A DNA stretch of 64,000 bases, taken from assembly GCA_016286055.1 (NCBI GenBank), contig JAEERW010000002.1, positions 328,458 through 392,457 on the forward strand. The letters run 5' to 3'. Position 1 is the stretch's first letter, and each line of letters begins with the position of its first letter. This document shows positions 28,584-36,905 of the stretch, in pieces. The position numbers and the translations under genes were made by a program. The DNA comes from Bacteroidales bacterium. Its GTDB lineage: Bacteria > Bacteroidota > Bacteroidia > Bacteroidales > UBA3824. Under the pieces are notes generated by a model. That model was not told the origin of the DNA, made no database searches, and worked only from the letters and a program-made list of their open reading frames with translations.

Positions 28584-29861
28584 TCACCCCAACCGCACCG
28601 TCACAGCGTTTTTATGTGCCTGTAATTGTTCGGCGGCGGCCATTGTTTCGATGGCGGGACCGATGGTTTTGATGCCTTGCTCGGTGATGGTTTGAAAGGT
28701 GATTTTTTTGGTAAACGAATCCATATTCAATCCCGAATATGCTTTGGCTGCTCCGTTGGTGGGCAGGGTGTGGTTGGTGCCTGAGGCGTAGTCGCCCGCA
28801 CTTTCGCAAGCGTAACTGCCTATGAAGACGCTACCTGCGTTGGTTACCTGCTCGGCAAGGGCTTCGGCGTTGTCGGTTGATATAATAAGGTGTTCGGGAG
28901 CCCAAAGGTTGGTGAGGTGGATAGATTTCTCGTTAGAATCTGTCACCACGGCAAAACTCAATGCGAATGCTTTTTCGGCAATCTCCTTGCGGGGAAGGAG
29001 TTTCAACTGACGTTCGGCTTCGGCTATGATTTCGTTTTTCTTTGCCTCATCAGACACAAAGAGACCCACCTGCGAATCGGCACCGTGCTCGCATTGCGAC
29101 AGCAAATCGGCTGCTGCGTATACGGCGTTGGTGGTGCTGTCGGCTACAACGGCAAGTTCCGAAGGTCCTGCGGGCATATCTATTGCGGTTTCCGACGAGT
29201 TTACCAACTGCTTAGCCACTGTTACAAAGCGGTTTCCGGGTCCAAAAATTTTTGAAACCTTGGGAACTGTCTCCGTGCCGTAAGCCATAGCCGCAATTGC
29301 CTGTGCGCCACCGATTTTAAAAATCTTAGTAACGCCCAAAAGTTTGGCGCAGTAGAGAACCACCGAATTGATGTTTCCACCGCTACGGGGAGGCGAACAA
29401 AGCACAATCTCTTTGCAGCCAGCGAGTTTGGCAGGAATGGCAAGCATCAGCACAGTTGAAAACAACGGTGCGCTACCTCCGGGGATGTAGATTCCCACCT
29501 TTTCGATGCCCACGGTTTTTTGCCAACAGATAATGCCGTCGGATGTGGGCACTTTATGTATCTGCGTGGGAATTTGGCTCTTGTGAAACTTTTCGATATT
29601 AGCCTTGGCGGTGAGGATAGCCTTTTTGAGGTCTTCGGGCACTTCTTTTTCGGCTTCAACGAGTTCCTGCTCCGTTACCAAAAGATTGTCGGGACAGGAG
29701 TTGTCGAATTTCATTGTAAGTTCGCGCACAGCACGGTCGCCGCCGTTGCGCACCGAATCCAAAACCTGCTGAACCACAGGGATAATGTCGTCGGTTTTGG
29801 CAGCGGGACGTTTTGAGCGCAGTTCAAAATCTTTGTCGGTTGTATATTCTATTGTAAACAT
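28584..29861 (-). CDS. hisD: Histidinol dehydrogenase
   Basis: The start is re-set to MFTIEY (ATG at 29861), which overlaps the hisG stop as TAATG. HisD motifs include YIPGGSAPLFSTVLM, AGPSE, QCEHG and GDYASGTNHTLPT. Confidence 0.95.
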   Translation of the reverse strand: MFTIEYTTDKDFELRSKRPAAKTDDIIPVVQQVLDSVRNGGDRAVRELTMKFDNSCPDNLLVTEQELVEAEKEVPEDLKKAILTAKANIEKFHKSQIPTQIHKVPTSDGIICWQKTVGIEKVGIYIPGGSAPLFSTVLMLAIPAKLAGCKEIVLCSPPRSGGNINSVVLYCAKLLGVTKIFKIGGAQAIAAMAYGTETVPKVSKIFGPGNRFVTVAKQLVNSSETAIDMPAGPSELAVVADSTTNAVYAAADLLSQCEHGADSQVGLFVSDEAKKNEIIAEAERQLKLLPRKEIAEKAFALSFAVVTDSNEKSIHLTNLWAPEHLIISTDNAEALAEQVTNAGSVFIGSYACESAGDYASGTNHTLPTNGAAKAYSGLNMDSFTKKITFQTITEQGIKTIGPAIETMAAAEQLQAHKNAVTVRLG

Positions 29862-30721
29862 TATAGTATCATTTTTTCGATCGGAACTACTAAAATACCT
29901 TGTGCACCCTCGGCTTGCAATTGGTCGATAATCTCCCAAAACTGATTTTCCTTAACCACGCTGTGTACTGAAACCCATTCGCCATCGGCAAGGGGAACTA
30001 CCGAAGGACTTTTCATTCCGGGGAGTAACGAGATAATTTTGTCTAAGTTTTTCTTAGGCGCATTCAACAAAATGTATTTGTTAGACTTGGCTGCTTTGAT
30101 GGCGTGAATACGGAAAAGAAGTTTTTTGATAATCTCCTCTTTCTCGGCGTTGAGGTTTCCGTTTTTAATCATTACAGCCTCAGAAAATACCATCTGCTCT
30201 TTTTCTACCAAGCCATTGCTGAGCAATGTGCTGCCGGTGGAAACGATGTCGAAAATAGCGTCGGCAAGACCAATTACAGGACAGATTTCTACCGAACCCG
30301 AAATCACGTGAATGTCGGCTTTGATGGCGTTCTCGCTGAGCACTTTTTTGAGAATGTTGGGATAGGTGGTGGCGATCTTCTTGCCGTTGAACCAATTGAG
30401 ACCAGTGTATTGTGCATCGCGGGGCACGGCAAGCGAAAGGCGACACTTGCCAAAACCGAGTTTCTCGATGGTTTCTACCTGCTTGCCAGTTTCCCAAATA
30501 ACGTTTTCGCCCACAATACCGCAGTCAGCAACGCCATCTGCCACGCACTGAGGAATATCGTCATCGCGAAGGTAAAGAATGTCAACGGGGAAGTCGGCAG
30601 CCGAGGCAAACAAAATACGTGATGAGTTGCTCGAAATACTGATTCCGGCTTTTTCAAATAGGTCGATAGATTTGTCGCTCAAACGACCCGATTTCTGAAT
30701 TGCAATTTTTAATCTTTCCAT
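29861..30721 (-). CDS. hisG: ATP phosphoribosyltransferase (long form)
   Basis: 286 aa (MERLKIAIQKSGRLSDKS..., DCGIVGENV, DIVSTGSTL), with a C-terminal regulatory domain present. Confidence 0.95.
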   Translation of the reverse strand: MERLKIAIQKSGRLSDKSIDLFEKAGISISSNSSRILFASAADFPVDILYLRDDDIPQCVADGVADCGIVGENVIWETGKQVETIEKLGFGKCRLSLAVPRDAQYTGLNWFNGKKIATTYPNILKKVLSENAIKADIHVISGSVEICPVIGLADAIFDIVSTGSTLLSNGLVEKEQMVFSEAVMIKNGNLNAEKEEIIKKLLFRIHAIKAAKSNKYILLNAPKKNLDKIISLLPGMKSPSVVPLADGEWVSVHSVVKENQFWEIIDQLQAEGAQGILVVPIEKMIL

Positions 30722-30750
30722 TTTTATGTGTTTTTAATTAATTACCAAAT

Positions 30751-30784
30751 AAAAAAGGCCGAACCCAAATGTGCGGTCCGACCT
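30751..30784 (-). terminator. his-leader attenuator terminator
   Basis: The minus-strand RNA AGGUCGGACC-GCACAUUUG-GGUUCGGCCU forms a 10-bp stem with two G-U pairs, followed by U5-6. It lies 30 nt upstream of the hisG ATG. Confidence 0.65.
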
Positions 30785-30826
30785 TTATATTTTACAAAAT
30801 AAAACTTTCCGTAAATCCGCACACAA

Positions 30827-30889
30827 CTATCGGCCGCCGCTATGGTGACGGTGGTGATGATAAATGGTATGTGTGTAAACGTGTTTCAT
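30827..30889 (-). promoter_or_regulatory. Histidine-rich leader peptide ORF of the his operon (MKHVYTHTIYHHHRHHSGGR)
   Basis: 20-codon ORF (ATG at 30889, TAG at 30829..30827). Seven residues are His, five of them in codons 11-16. Complementary segments and the terminator follow immediately downstream. Confidence 0.6.
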
Positions 30890-31010
30890 CTTGAATATTT
30901 TTACCACAAATATTTTGGCGCAAAGGTGATATTTTTTTTTAAAAAAAACAAGTGAAATATAATTTTTTTACAAAAATTTATATCTTGCACCCAATTTTAA
31001 ACTTAACACG

Positions 31011-32990
31011 ATGAAAAGAACCTTATTGACGTTAGTCTCCGTGGCAACAATTGCTGCATCAGCCACGGCAAACGTAAAAATGCCAGCCCTCTTTACCGAC
31101 GGTATGGTTTTGCAGCAAAAAACGTCCGCTCCCGTTTGGGGATTTGCCGACCCGGGCGAAAAAATCACTGTTTCAACCACTTGGGACAATAAAACCGTTT
31201 CTACCGAAGCCGCTTCCGACGGTACTTGGAAAGTTAAGGTGGCAACTCCATCTTTTGGTGGACCATACGCACTGATTATCAACGGCAAAAACACCGTTTA
31301 CATCAACAACGTGATGATTGGCGAAGTGTGGTTTGCATCGGGACAAAGCAATATGGAGATGCCTATGAGCGGTTTCCCCTACGGCACTATTATGAATGGT
31401 CCTGAGGATATTGCCAACAGCACCAACAACGACATCCGCATTTTTATGGCGTCGCGCAATATGAGTTTCAAGGAGGAAAACGAACTCGACGGCGCATGGA
31501 AAACTGCCTCACCCAAAAACACTCCTCAATTTGGCGCCACATGCTACTATTTTGCAAAAAAACTCAATGCAGAACTTGGTGTGCCGGTGGGCATTATCAA
31601 TTCGTCGTGGGGTGGCACTCCCGTTGAAAGTTGGATTCCGCAAGAATACATCAAAACCGTTCCCGAATACAGCCAAATAGTTAAAGATATTGCCGCAAGT
31701 TCGCCCATTATCGACAAACGCAACAATTGGCTTAAACAAAAACAATCGGTTTCGATGTTTCCCCGTCCCGACCTTGGCGACGGCGACCTTGCAAAACCCG
31801 ATTTCAACGACTCTAAATGGCACTCGATGAACGTTCCCGGACTTTGGGAAAGCAACAACGAGGTGCGTGCATTCGACGGCATTGTTTGGTTTCGCAAAAC
31901 TATCAAAATTACCCCTGCAATGGCGGGCAAAGAACTCGTAATTTCGCTCGGCGCAATCGACGACGGTGATGAAACTTTCTTCAACGGCGAACTCATCGGA
32001 CACACCAACAACTATCAAGCCGACCGCGTTTACACCGTTCCTGCCGACAAGGTAAAAGCCGGAAAAGCCGTTATCGCAATTCGAGTTACCGACAATCAAG
32101 GCGGCGGCGGACTTTATGGTCAACCTTCAAAACTCAAATGCTACACCAAGGGCAACGAAAAATCTGCAATTTCGCTCGCCGGCAGTTGGAAATATCTACC
32201 CATAGCCGAACTTTCAAGAGGAAAACTCTACAAATTTGACATTCCCACGATGGAATTTTATCAACGTCCGATAAGCCCCACAGATTTGAGCGAAATGACC
32301 GCCACCACACTCTACAACGCAATGGTTGCTCCGTTTGCGGGCTACGCAATGGCAGGCGCAATTTGGTATCAAGGTGAGGCCAACGTGGGTCACGCCGAGG
32401 AATACACCCGCACTTTCCCCCTTATGGTTAAGGCTTGGCGCGAAAAATGGAATCAAGGCGATTTCCCGTTCTACTACGTTCAGATTGCACCCTACGACTA
32501 CGGTACAAACGGACATTCTGAGGAAATCCGTGAGGCTCAGCGCGTTTCGTTGTCGGTTAAAAACTCAGGAATGGCTTCTACCATCGACATTGGCAACAAC
32601 AAAAACATCCACCCTGCCAACAAAGTAGAAGTAGGCAACCGCTTGGCACTCTGGGCTTTCAAAAACATCTACGGCAAGGATGTAGTTTGCAGCGGACCTT
32701 TATATAAGAGTCAAGAAATCAAGGGTAACGCCATTTACCTGAGTTTCGATTATGCCGACGGTCTCAATGCCAAGGGCGGCACTCTCAAAGATTTTCAGAT
32801 AGCAGGCAAAGACGGCAAATACTACCCCGCCACAGCCGTTATCGAAGGCGGCAAGGTAAAAGTTTCGTCTGACAAAGTGGCCGCTCCCGCATCGGTGCGC
32901 TACCTTTGGAGCGACTGTGTAGACCAAGCCACATTGTACAACGGCGCAGGATTGCCAGCAAGTTCGTTCCAAACAACCAAAGCGTGGTAA
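31011..32990 (+). CDS. Sialate O-acetylesterase family protein (SASA/SGNH-like), secreted
   Basis: 659 aa with a signal peptide. MPALFTDGMVLQQ...PVWG and GEVWFASGQSNMEMPM are the typical N-terminal and catalytic Ser motifs of 9-O-acetylesterases. Confidence 0.8.
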   Translation: MKRTLLTLVSVATIAASATANVKMPALFTDGMVLQQKTSAPVWGFADPGEKITVSTTWDNKTVSTEAASDGTWKVKVATPSFGGPYALIINGKNTVYINNVMIGEVWFASGQSNMEMPMSGFPYGTIMNGPEDIANSTNNDIRIFMASRNMSFKEENELDGAWKTASPKNTPQFGATCYYFAKKLNAELGVPVGIINSSWGGTPVESWIPQEYIKTVPEYSQIVKDIAASSPIIDKRNNWLKQKQSVSMFPRPDLGDGDLAKPDFNDSKWHSMNVPGLWESNNEVRAFDGIVWFRKTIKITPAMAGKELVISLGAIDDGDETFFNGELIGHTNNYQADRVYTVPADKVKAGKAVIAIRVTDNQGGGGLYGQPSKLKCYTKGNEKSAISLAGSWKYLPIAELSRGKLYKFDIPTMEFYQRPISPTDLSEMTATTLYNAMVAPFAGYAMAGAIWYQGEANVGHAEEYTRTFPLMVKAWREKWNQGDFPFYYVQIAPYDYGTNGHSEEIREAQRVSLSVKNSGMASTIDIGNNKNIHPANKVEVGNRLALWAFKNIYGKDVVCSGPLYKSQEIKGNAIYLSFDYADGLNAKGGTLKDFQIAGKDGKYYPATAVIEGGKVKVSSDKVAAPASVRYLWSDCVDQATLYNGAGLPASSFQTTKAW

Positions 32991-33009
32991 AATAAGCAAT
33001 TAAGCAAAT

Positions 33010-33044
33010 AAAAAAGGGTGCGACAAAATGTCGCACCCTTTTTT
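33010..33044. terminator. Bidirectional intrinsic terminator between the esterase and rubrerythrin genes
   Basis: A6-gggtgcgac-aaaat-gtcgcaccc-T6: a perfect 9-bp stem flanked by A and T runs. Confidence 0.85.
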
Positions 33045-33059
33045 ATAATTAGTAGATTA

Positions 33060-33638
33060 TTACATAAAATACCTTTCGTACAATCCTTTGAAACCGCTGC
33101 CGTGACGAGCCTCATCCTTAGCCATTTCGTGAACGGTATCGTGAATAGCGTCGAGGTTTTCTTTCTTGGCGTTAGATGCAATGCGGTATTTATCTTCGCA
33201 AGCACCAGCCTCAGCCATCATACGGTTGTAAACGTTGGTTTTGGTGTCGGAAAGTACGTCGCCCAAGAGTTCGGCAAAACGGCTTGCGTGGTCGGCCTCT
33301 TCAAAAGCATAACGTTTAAAAGCCTCAGCAATTTCGGGATAACCCTCGCGGTCGGCCTGACGCGCCATAGCAAGGTACATTCCCACCTCGGCACATTCGC
33401 CATTGAAGTGAGTTTCCAGGTCTTTGCGCATCTCTTCCGAAACGCCCTTAGCCTCGCCAACGTGGTGTTCGGTAACAAATTTTATGTTGATTCCACCCTT
33501 TTTGCCGGCGGGAGAAGGTACGGGCTGCTCCAATTCTTTAAATTTGGCTGCGGGAGCCTTGCATTTCGGGCATTTTTCAGGAGCCTCATCCCCTTCGTGT
33601 ACATATCCGCACACGGTGCAAATCCATTTTTTTGCCAT
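33060..33638 (-). CDS. rbr: Rubrerythrin with N-terminal rubredoxin-like domain (reverse domain order)
   Basis: 192 aa. The N-terminal CTVCGY...CPKC rubredoxin-type centre is followed by a ferritin-like four-helix region with ExxH motifs ([21 protein letters not shown]). Confidence 0.9.
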   Translation of the reverse strand: MAKKWICTVCGYVHEGDEAPEKCPKCKAPAAKFKELEQPVPSPAGKKGGINIKFVTEHHVGEAKGVSEEMRKDLETHFNGECAEVGMYLAMARQADREGYPEIAEAFKRYAFEEADHASRFAELLGDVLSDTKTNVYNRMMAEAGACEDKYRIASNAKKENLDAIHDTVHEMAKDEARHGSGFKGLYERYFM

Positions 33639-33733
33639 AATTGTCTTTGTTTTTGATTGTTTGTATTTAAATTTTTATCGGGGTAAATGTAGGGATTTTT
33701 TGAATATGCAATGATTATTTTTGAGATTTTTTT

Positions 33734-33741
33734 TATTTTTG
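33734..33741 (+). promoter_or_regulatory. -7 box TATTTTTG upstream of mntA
   Basis: Exact TAnnTTTG, 16 nt before the ATG at 33757, implying a very short leader. Confidence 0.45.
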
Positions 33742-33756
33742 CAGTTGGAACTGTAA

Positions 33757-34065
33757 ATGATTACCAAAATGAACGCACAAGAAATACAGCAAAAAGTTTC
33801 GGAATACTTTAAAACACAACCAGTTTTGAAGGCTTGGCTGTTTGGTTCGTTTGCCCGAGGCGAAGATAACCTTGGCAGCGATGTGGACATATTGGTAGTT
33901 CTTGACCACTCGCAACCCATTGGTTTAAAATATTATGGGATGTGGAACGACTTAGAGGAACTTTTAGACCGCAAAGTGGATTTTGTTACAGAAAACTCAC
34001 TTGCCGATTTTGCCCGCGAAAGTGTAGAACACGATAAAATACTTATTTATGAGAGAGCCGCTTAA
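33757..34065 (+). CDS. mntA: MntA-type nucleotidyltransferase antitoxin
   Basis: 102 aa. The minimal nucleotidyltransferase motif is GSFARGEDNLGSDVDILVVLD. The gene overlaps the downstream HepT gene by 17 nt. Confidence 0.8.
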   Translation: MITKMNAQEIQQKVSEYFKTQPVLKAWLFGSFARGEDNLGSDVDILVVLDHSQPIGLKYYGMWNDLEELLDRKVDFVTENSLADFARESVEHDKILIYERAA

Positions 34066-34549
34066 AGACCGAGAACGATTAGAGCATATTCTAAACGCCA
34101 TAGACGTTATTTTAGATAAATCTCAAAACCTTACATACGAATCACTTACCGCCGACAAGGTTCAATTCGGTGGCATTGTTTACTACACATTGATAATTGG
34201 CGAGGCAGCATATAACCTTACAAAAGTGTTTAAAAGGAAGTATCCTACAACAAATTGGACTGAAATAGAGCGTATGCGTCACAACCTTGTTCACGGCTAT
34301 TATAATGTTGACCCTGAAATAGTTTGGTCTGTTATTCAAAACGACCTACATCCGCTCCGTCAACAAGTATCCCGCTACCTTGCCGAAATAGATTGGGATG
34401 CCTGGGAAAAAACTGAGTTTGTTATCAAAGAATCTGCCGTTCATAAAAACCTTATCCAAACCGCCGAGCGCATGAAAAATCGCGGCTACGACACCGAAGA
34501 AATTTGCAAAATTACAGGTCTGAACCGTGACGAAATAGAAAGATTGTAA
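34049..34549 (+). CDS. hepT: HepT/DUF86 ribonuclease toxin with a roughly 50-aa C-terminal extension
   Basis: 166 aa with the Rx4HxY motif (RMRHNLVHGYYNVD). The extra C-terminal segment is ...AERMKNRGYDTEEICKITGLNRDEIERL. Confidence 0.8.
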   Translation: MREPLKDRERLEHILNAIDVILDKSQNLTYESLTADKVQFGGIVYYTLIIGEAAYNLTKVFKRKYPTTNWTEIERMRHNLVHGYYNVDPEIVWSVIQNDLHPLRQQVSRYLAEIDWDAWEKTEFVIKESAVHKNLIQTAERMKNRGYDTEEICKITGLNRDEIERL

Positions 34550-34576
34550 TACCTTTGCACTATTAATTTATTTATT

Positions 34577-35335
34577 ATGGAAAATTTTGTAACCATCAAC
34601 GATATAAAAGTTAACTACAAGACCACAGGCGAGGGGCAGGATGTGCTTTTGCTGCACGGATGGGGTTGCTCGCTCGAAATTTGGAAAACCCTCCAATCGC
34701 AGTTGGAGCAAAAATACCGCGTTACCTCTATCGACTTTCCCGGTTTTGGCAAAAGCGATGAACCCAAAACTGTTTGGGGCGTGGAAGAATACACTCAATG
34801 CACCGAAAAACTTATTGAGGCTCTGAATCTTAAAAATCCCGTATTAATAGGGCACTCGTTTGGCGGACGCGTATCGATACTTCTCTCGTCGCGCAACGAT
34901 TATGTAAAAAAGGTGATACTCACCGATGCGGCAGGCGTAAAACCGCAAAACACAAAGATTTCGGTTAGCCGAGTGTTCTCTAAAATGAAGAAACTTTCTA
35001 CAAAAATCATTGGCGAGAAAGCCACCGAAAAACTTGTGAAACCGTTTGCAAATTCCTTGGCATCAGAAGATTACAAAAACGCGTCTGGCATGATGAAGGA
35101 GATTCTCAAAAAGGTGGTTGACGAAGACCTTCAACACGTTATGCCCAACATCAAGGCGTCCACCCTTCTGATTTGGGGCGAAAAAGACACCGCCACACCT
35201 GTTTCTGATGCCCAAATTATGGCAAAACTAATTCCCGACACCGGCTTAGTGGTATTCCCCGGCTGCACACATTATAGTTTTTTGGAGAATCCGGGGTACT
35301 ATTTTACTATTGTTGACAATTTCTTAAACGCTTAA
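34577..35335 (+). CDS. Alpha/beta-fold hydrolase
   Basis: 252 aa with an HG oxyanion motif (LLLHGWG), a nucleophile elbow (GHSFGG) and a C-terminal His (CTHYSFLE). Confidence 0.8.
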   Translation: MENFVTINDIKVNYKTTGEGQDVLLLHGWGCSLEIWKTLQSQLEQKYRVTSIDFPGFGKSDEPKTVWGVEEYTQCTEKLIEALNLKNPVLIGHSFGGRVSILLSSRNDYVKKVILTDAAGVKPQNTKISVSRVFSKMKKLSTKIIGEKATEKLVKPFANSLASEDYKNASGMMKEILKKVVDEDLQHVMPNIKASTLLIWGEKDTATPVSDAQIMAKLIPDTGLVVFPGCTHYSFLENPGYYFTIVDNFLNA

Positions 35336-35339
35336 AATT

Positions 35340-36905
35340 ATGGCACTTATCATTGCAATATCAATACTCATACTTATCTACACCGCTCTAAAACTCAAAG
35401 TAGACCTTCACAAGTTTCAACAAAATTCGTATCGAAACGAACGTTATTGGAAATATCTCAAAAACGATATACACTCCAAAATCCGTATGGCTGAGTATGC
35501 AAGTCTTGGCGTGGGGTTGTTGGGATTGGTTTTTCCCGGATGGTTCGTCTACTTTTTGATTCCGTTTTTGCTAATTACACTTTACTATGTCTATTACAAC
35601 AAAACATACAAGCCAAAGGTAAAATTCAACTTTACTTCAAGGGCTAAACGATTGTATTTTACATCGTTTGGATTGATTTTGGTGTTTAGCGGATTGGAGT
35701 TTGCCCTCACATTCGACCCCTATTTTACTATGCTCACAGCATTGTGCTGCATTGTGTTTAGTTATTTTGTAATAATGCTCGCCAACATTGTGCTCAAACC
35801 CGTTGAAAAATCTATAAACAACCATTATATCAACGATGCCAAACGTATTCTCTCCGAGCATAAGGATTTGATAATTGTGGGTATAACAGGTAGTTACGGC
35901 AAAACATCTACCAAGCATTTCCTTGAAAAAATACTCAGCGAAAAATACAATGTGCTGATGACTCCGGGTTCGTTTAACACCACGATGGGCGTTGTCCGCA
36001 CTATCCGCGAATACTTAAAGCCTACACATCAGGTGTTTATCTGTGAAATGGGCGCTAAACAAATCAACGACATCAAAGAAATTTGCGACATTGTGCACCC
36101 AAAAATCGGAATCCTCACTTCGGTAGCCGAACAGCATTTGGACACTTTCAAAACTCTTGAAAACGTTCGCCGCACCAAGTTTGAACTTATCGACTCGCTG
36201 CCCGACGATGGCCTCGCTATTCTCAACGGCGATTACGACATTATCCGCAACACTCCCAAGACCAAGCCCACAGAGTATTTTTCTACGTCAGACCCAAACG
36301 CCGACTATTCTGCCAAAAACATAAAATTCTCGCCGCAAGGTACTGATTTTGAGATATATCATTCGGGTGAAAAGATTGGCGATTTTACCACTCCTTTGCT
36401 GGGAAGTTACAATATTTCAAATATTGTTTCGGCTGTGGTTTGCGCTGTTAGATTAGGACTTACAATCGATCAAATAAAGTTCGGCGTTCACAAGTTGCAG
36501 GCAGTGGAGCACAGAATGGAAATAAAACCCGGTCCCAACGGCGTGGTGCTTATCGACGATGCGTTCAACTCAAACCCCAAGGGCGCAAAAATGGCGTTGG
36601 AAATTCTGTCGCAATTTACCGATTGCAAACGCTTTATCATCACTCCGGGAATCATAGAACTTGCTGACCGTCAGGACTATTACAACGGTGAGTTTGGCAA
36701 ACAGATAGCCCACGCTGCCGACTGCGCAATACTTGTTGGCAAAAGTCAAACCCAAGCCATTTACAACGGTCTCAAAGCCGAGAATTATCTCGAAGAACAA
36801 ATCTATATCGCTCAGGGATTGCAAGATGCGGCAGTTTACGCCTACTCGCGAGCCACAGCAGGGGATGTTATCTTGTTTGAAAACGATTTACCAGATTATC
36901 ATTAA
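35340..36905 (+). CDS. Mur-ligase family protein (MurF-like catalytic and C-terminal domains) with an N-terminal domain of about 5 TM helices
   Basis: 521 aa. The first roughly 160 aa are hydrophobic helices. Then come a P-loop (GITGSYGKTSTKHF), Mur-ligase middle-domain motifs and DDAFNSNPKGA in the C-terminal domain. The start is 4 nt after the hydrolase stop. Confidence 0.7.
   Translation: MALIIAISILILIYTALKLKVDLHKFQQNSYRNERYWKYLKNDIHSKIRMAEYASLGVGLLGLVFPGWFVYFLIPFLLITLYYVYYNKTYKPKVKFNFTSRAKRLYFTSFGLILVFSGLEFALTFDPYFTMLTALCCIVFSYFVIMLANIVLKPVEKSINNHYINDAKRILSEHKDLIIVGITGSYGKTSTKHFLEKILSEKYNVLMTPGSFNTTMGVVRTIREYLKPTHQVFICEMGAKQINDIKEICDIVHPKIGILTSVAEQHLDTFKTLENVRRTKFELIDSLPDDGLAILNGDYDIIRNTPKTKPTEYFSTSDPNADYSAKNIKFSPQGTDFEIYHSGEKIGDFTTPLLGSYNISNIVSAVVCAVRLGLTIDQIKFGVHKLQAVEHRMEIKPGPNGVVLIDDAFNSNPKGAKMALEILSQFTDCKRFIITPGIIELADRQDYYNGEFGKQIAHAADCAILVGKSQTQAIYNGLKAENYLEEQIYIAQGLQDAAVYAYSRATAGDVILFENDLPDYH

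Noticed and set aside
33018-33656. A 212-aa plus-strand ORF antisense to rubrerythrin. Similar antisense ORFs occur in M23 (37643..38332), the lipoprotein gene (24104..24646), hisC (27951..28496) and the Rpn gene (43987..44472).
   Set aside because: Each is fully contained in a well-supported gene on the other strand and lacks recognisable motifs.
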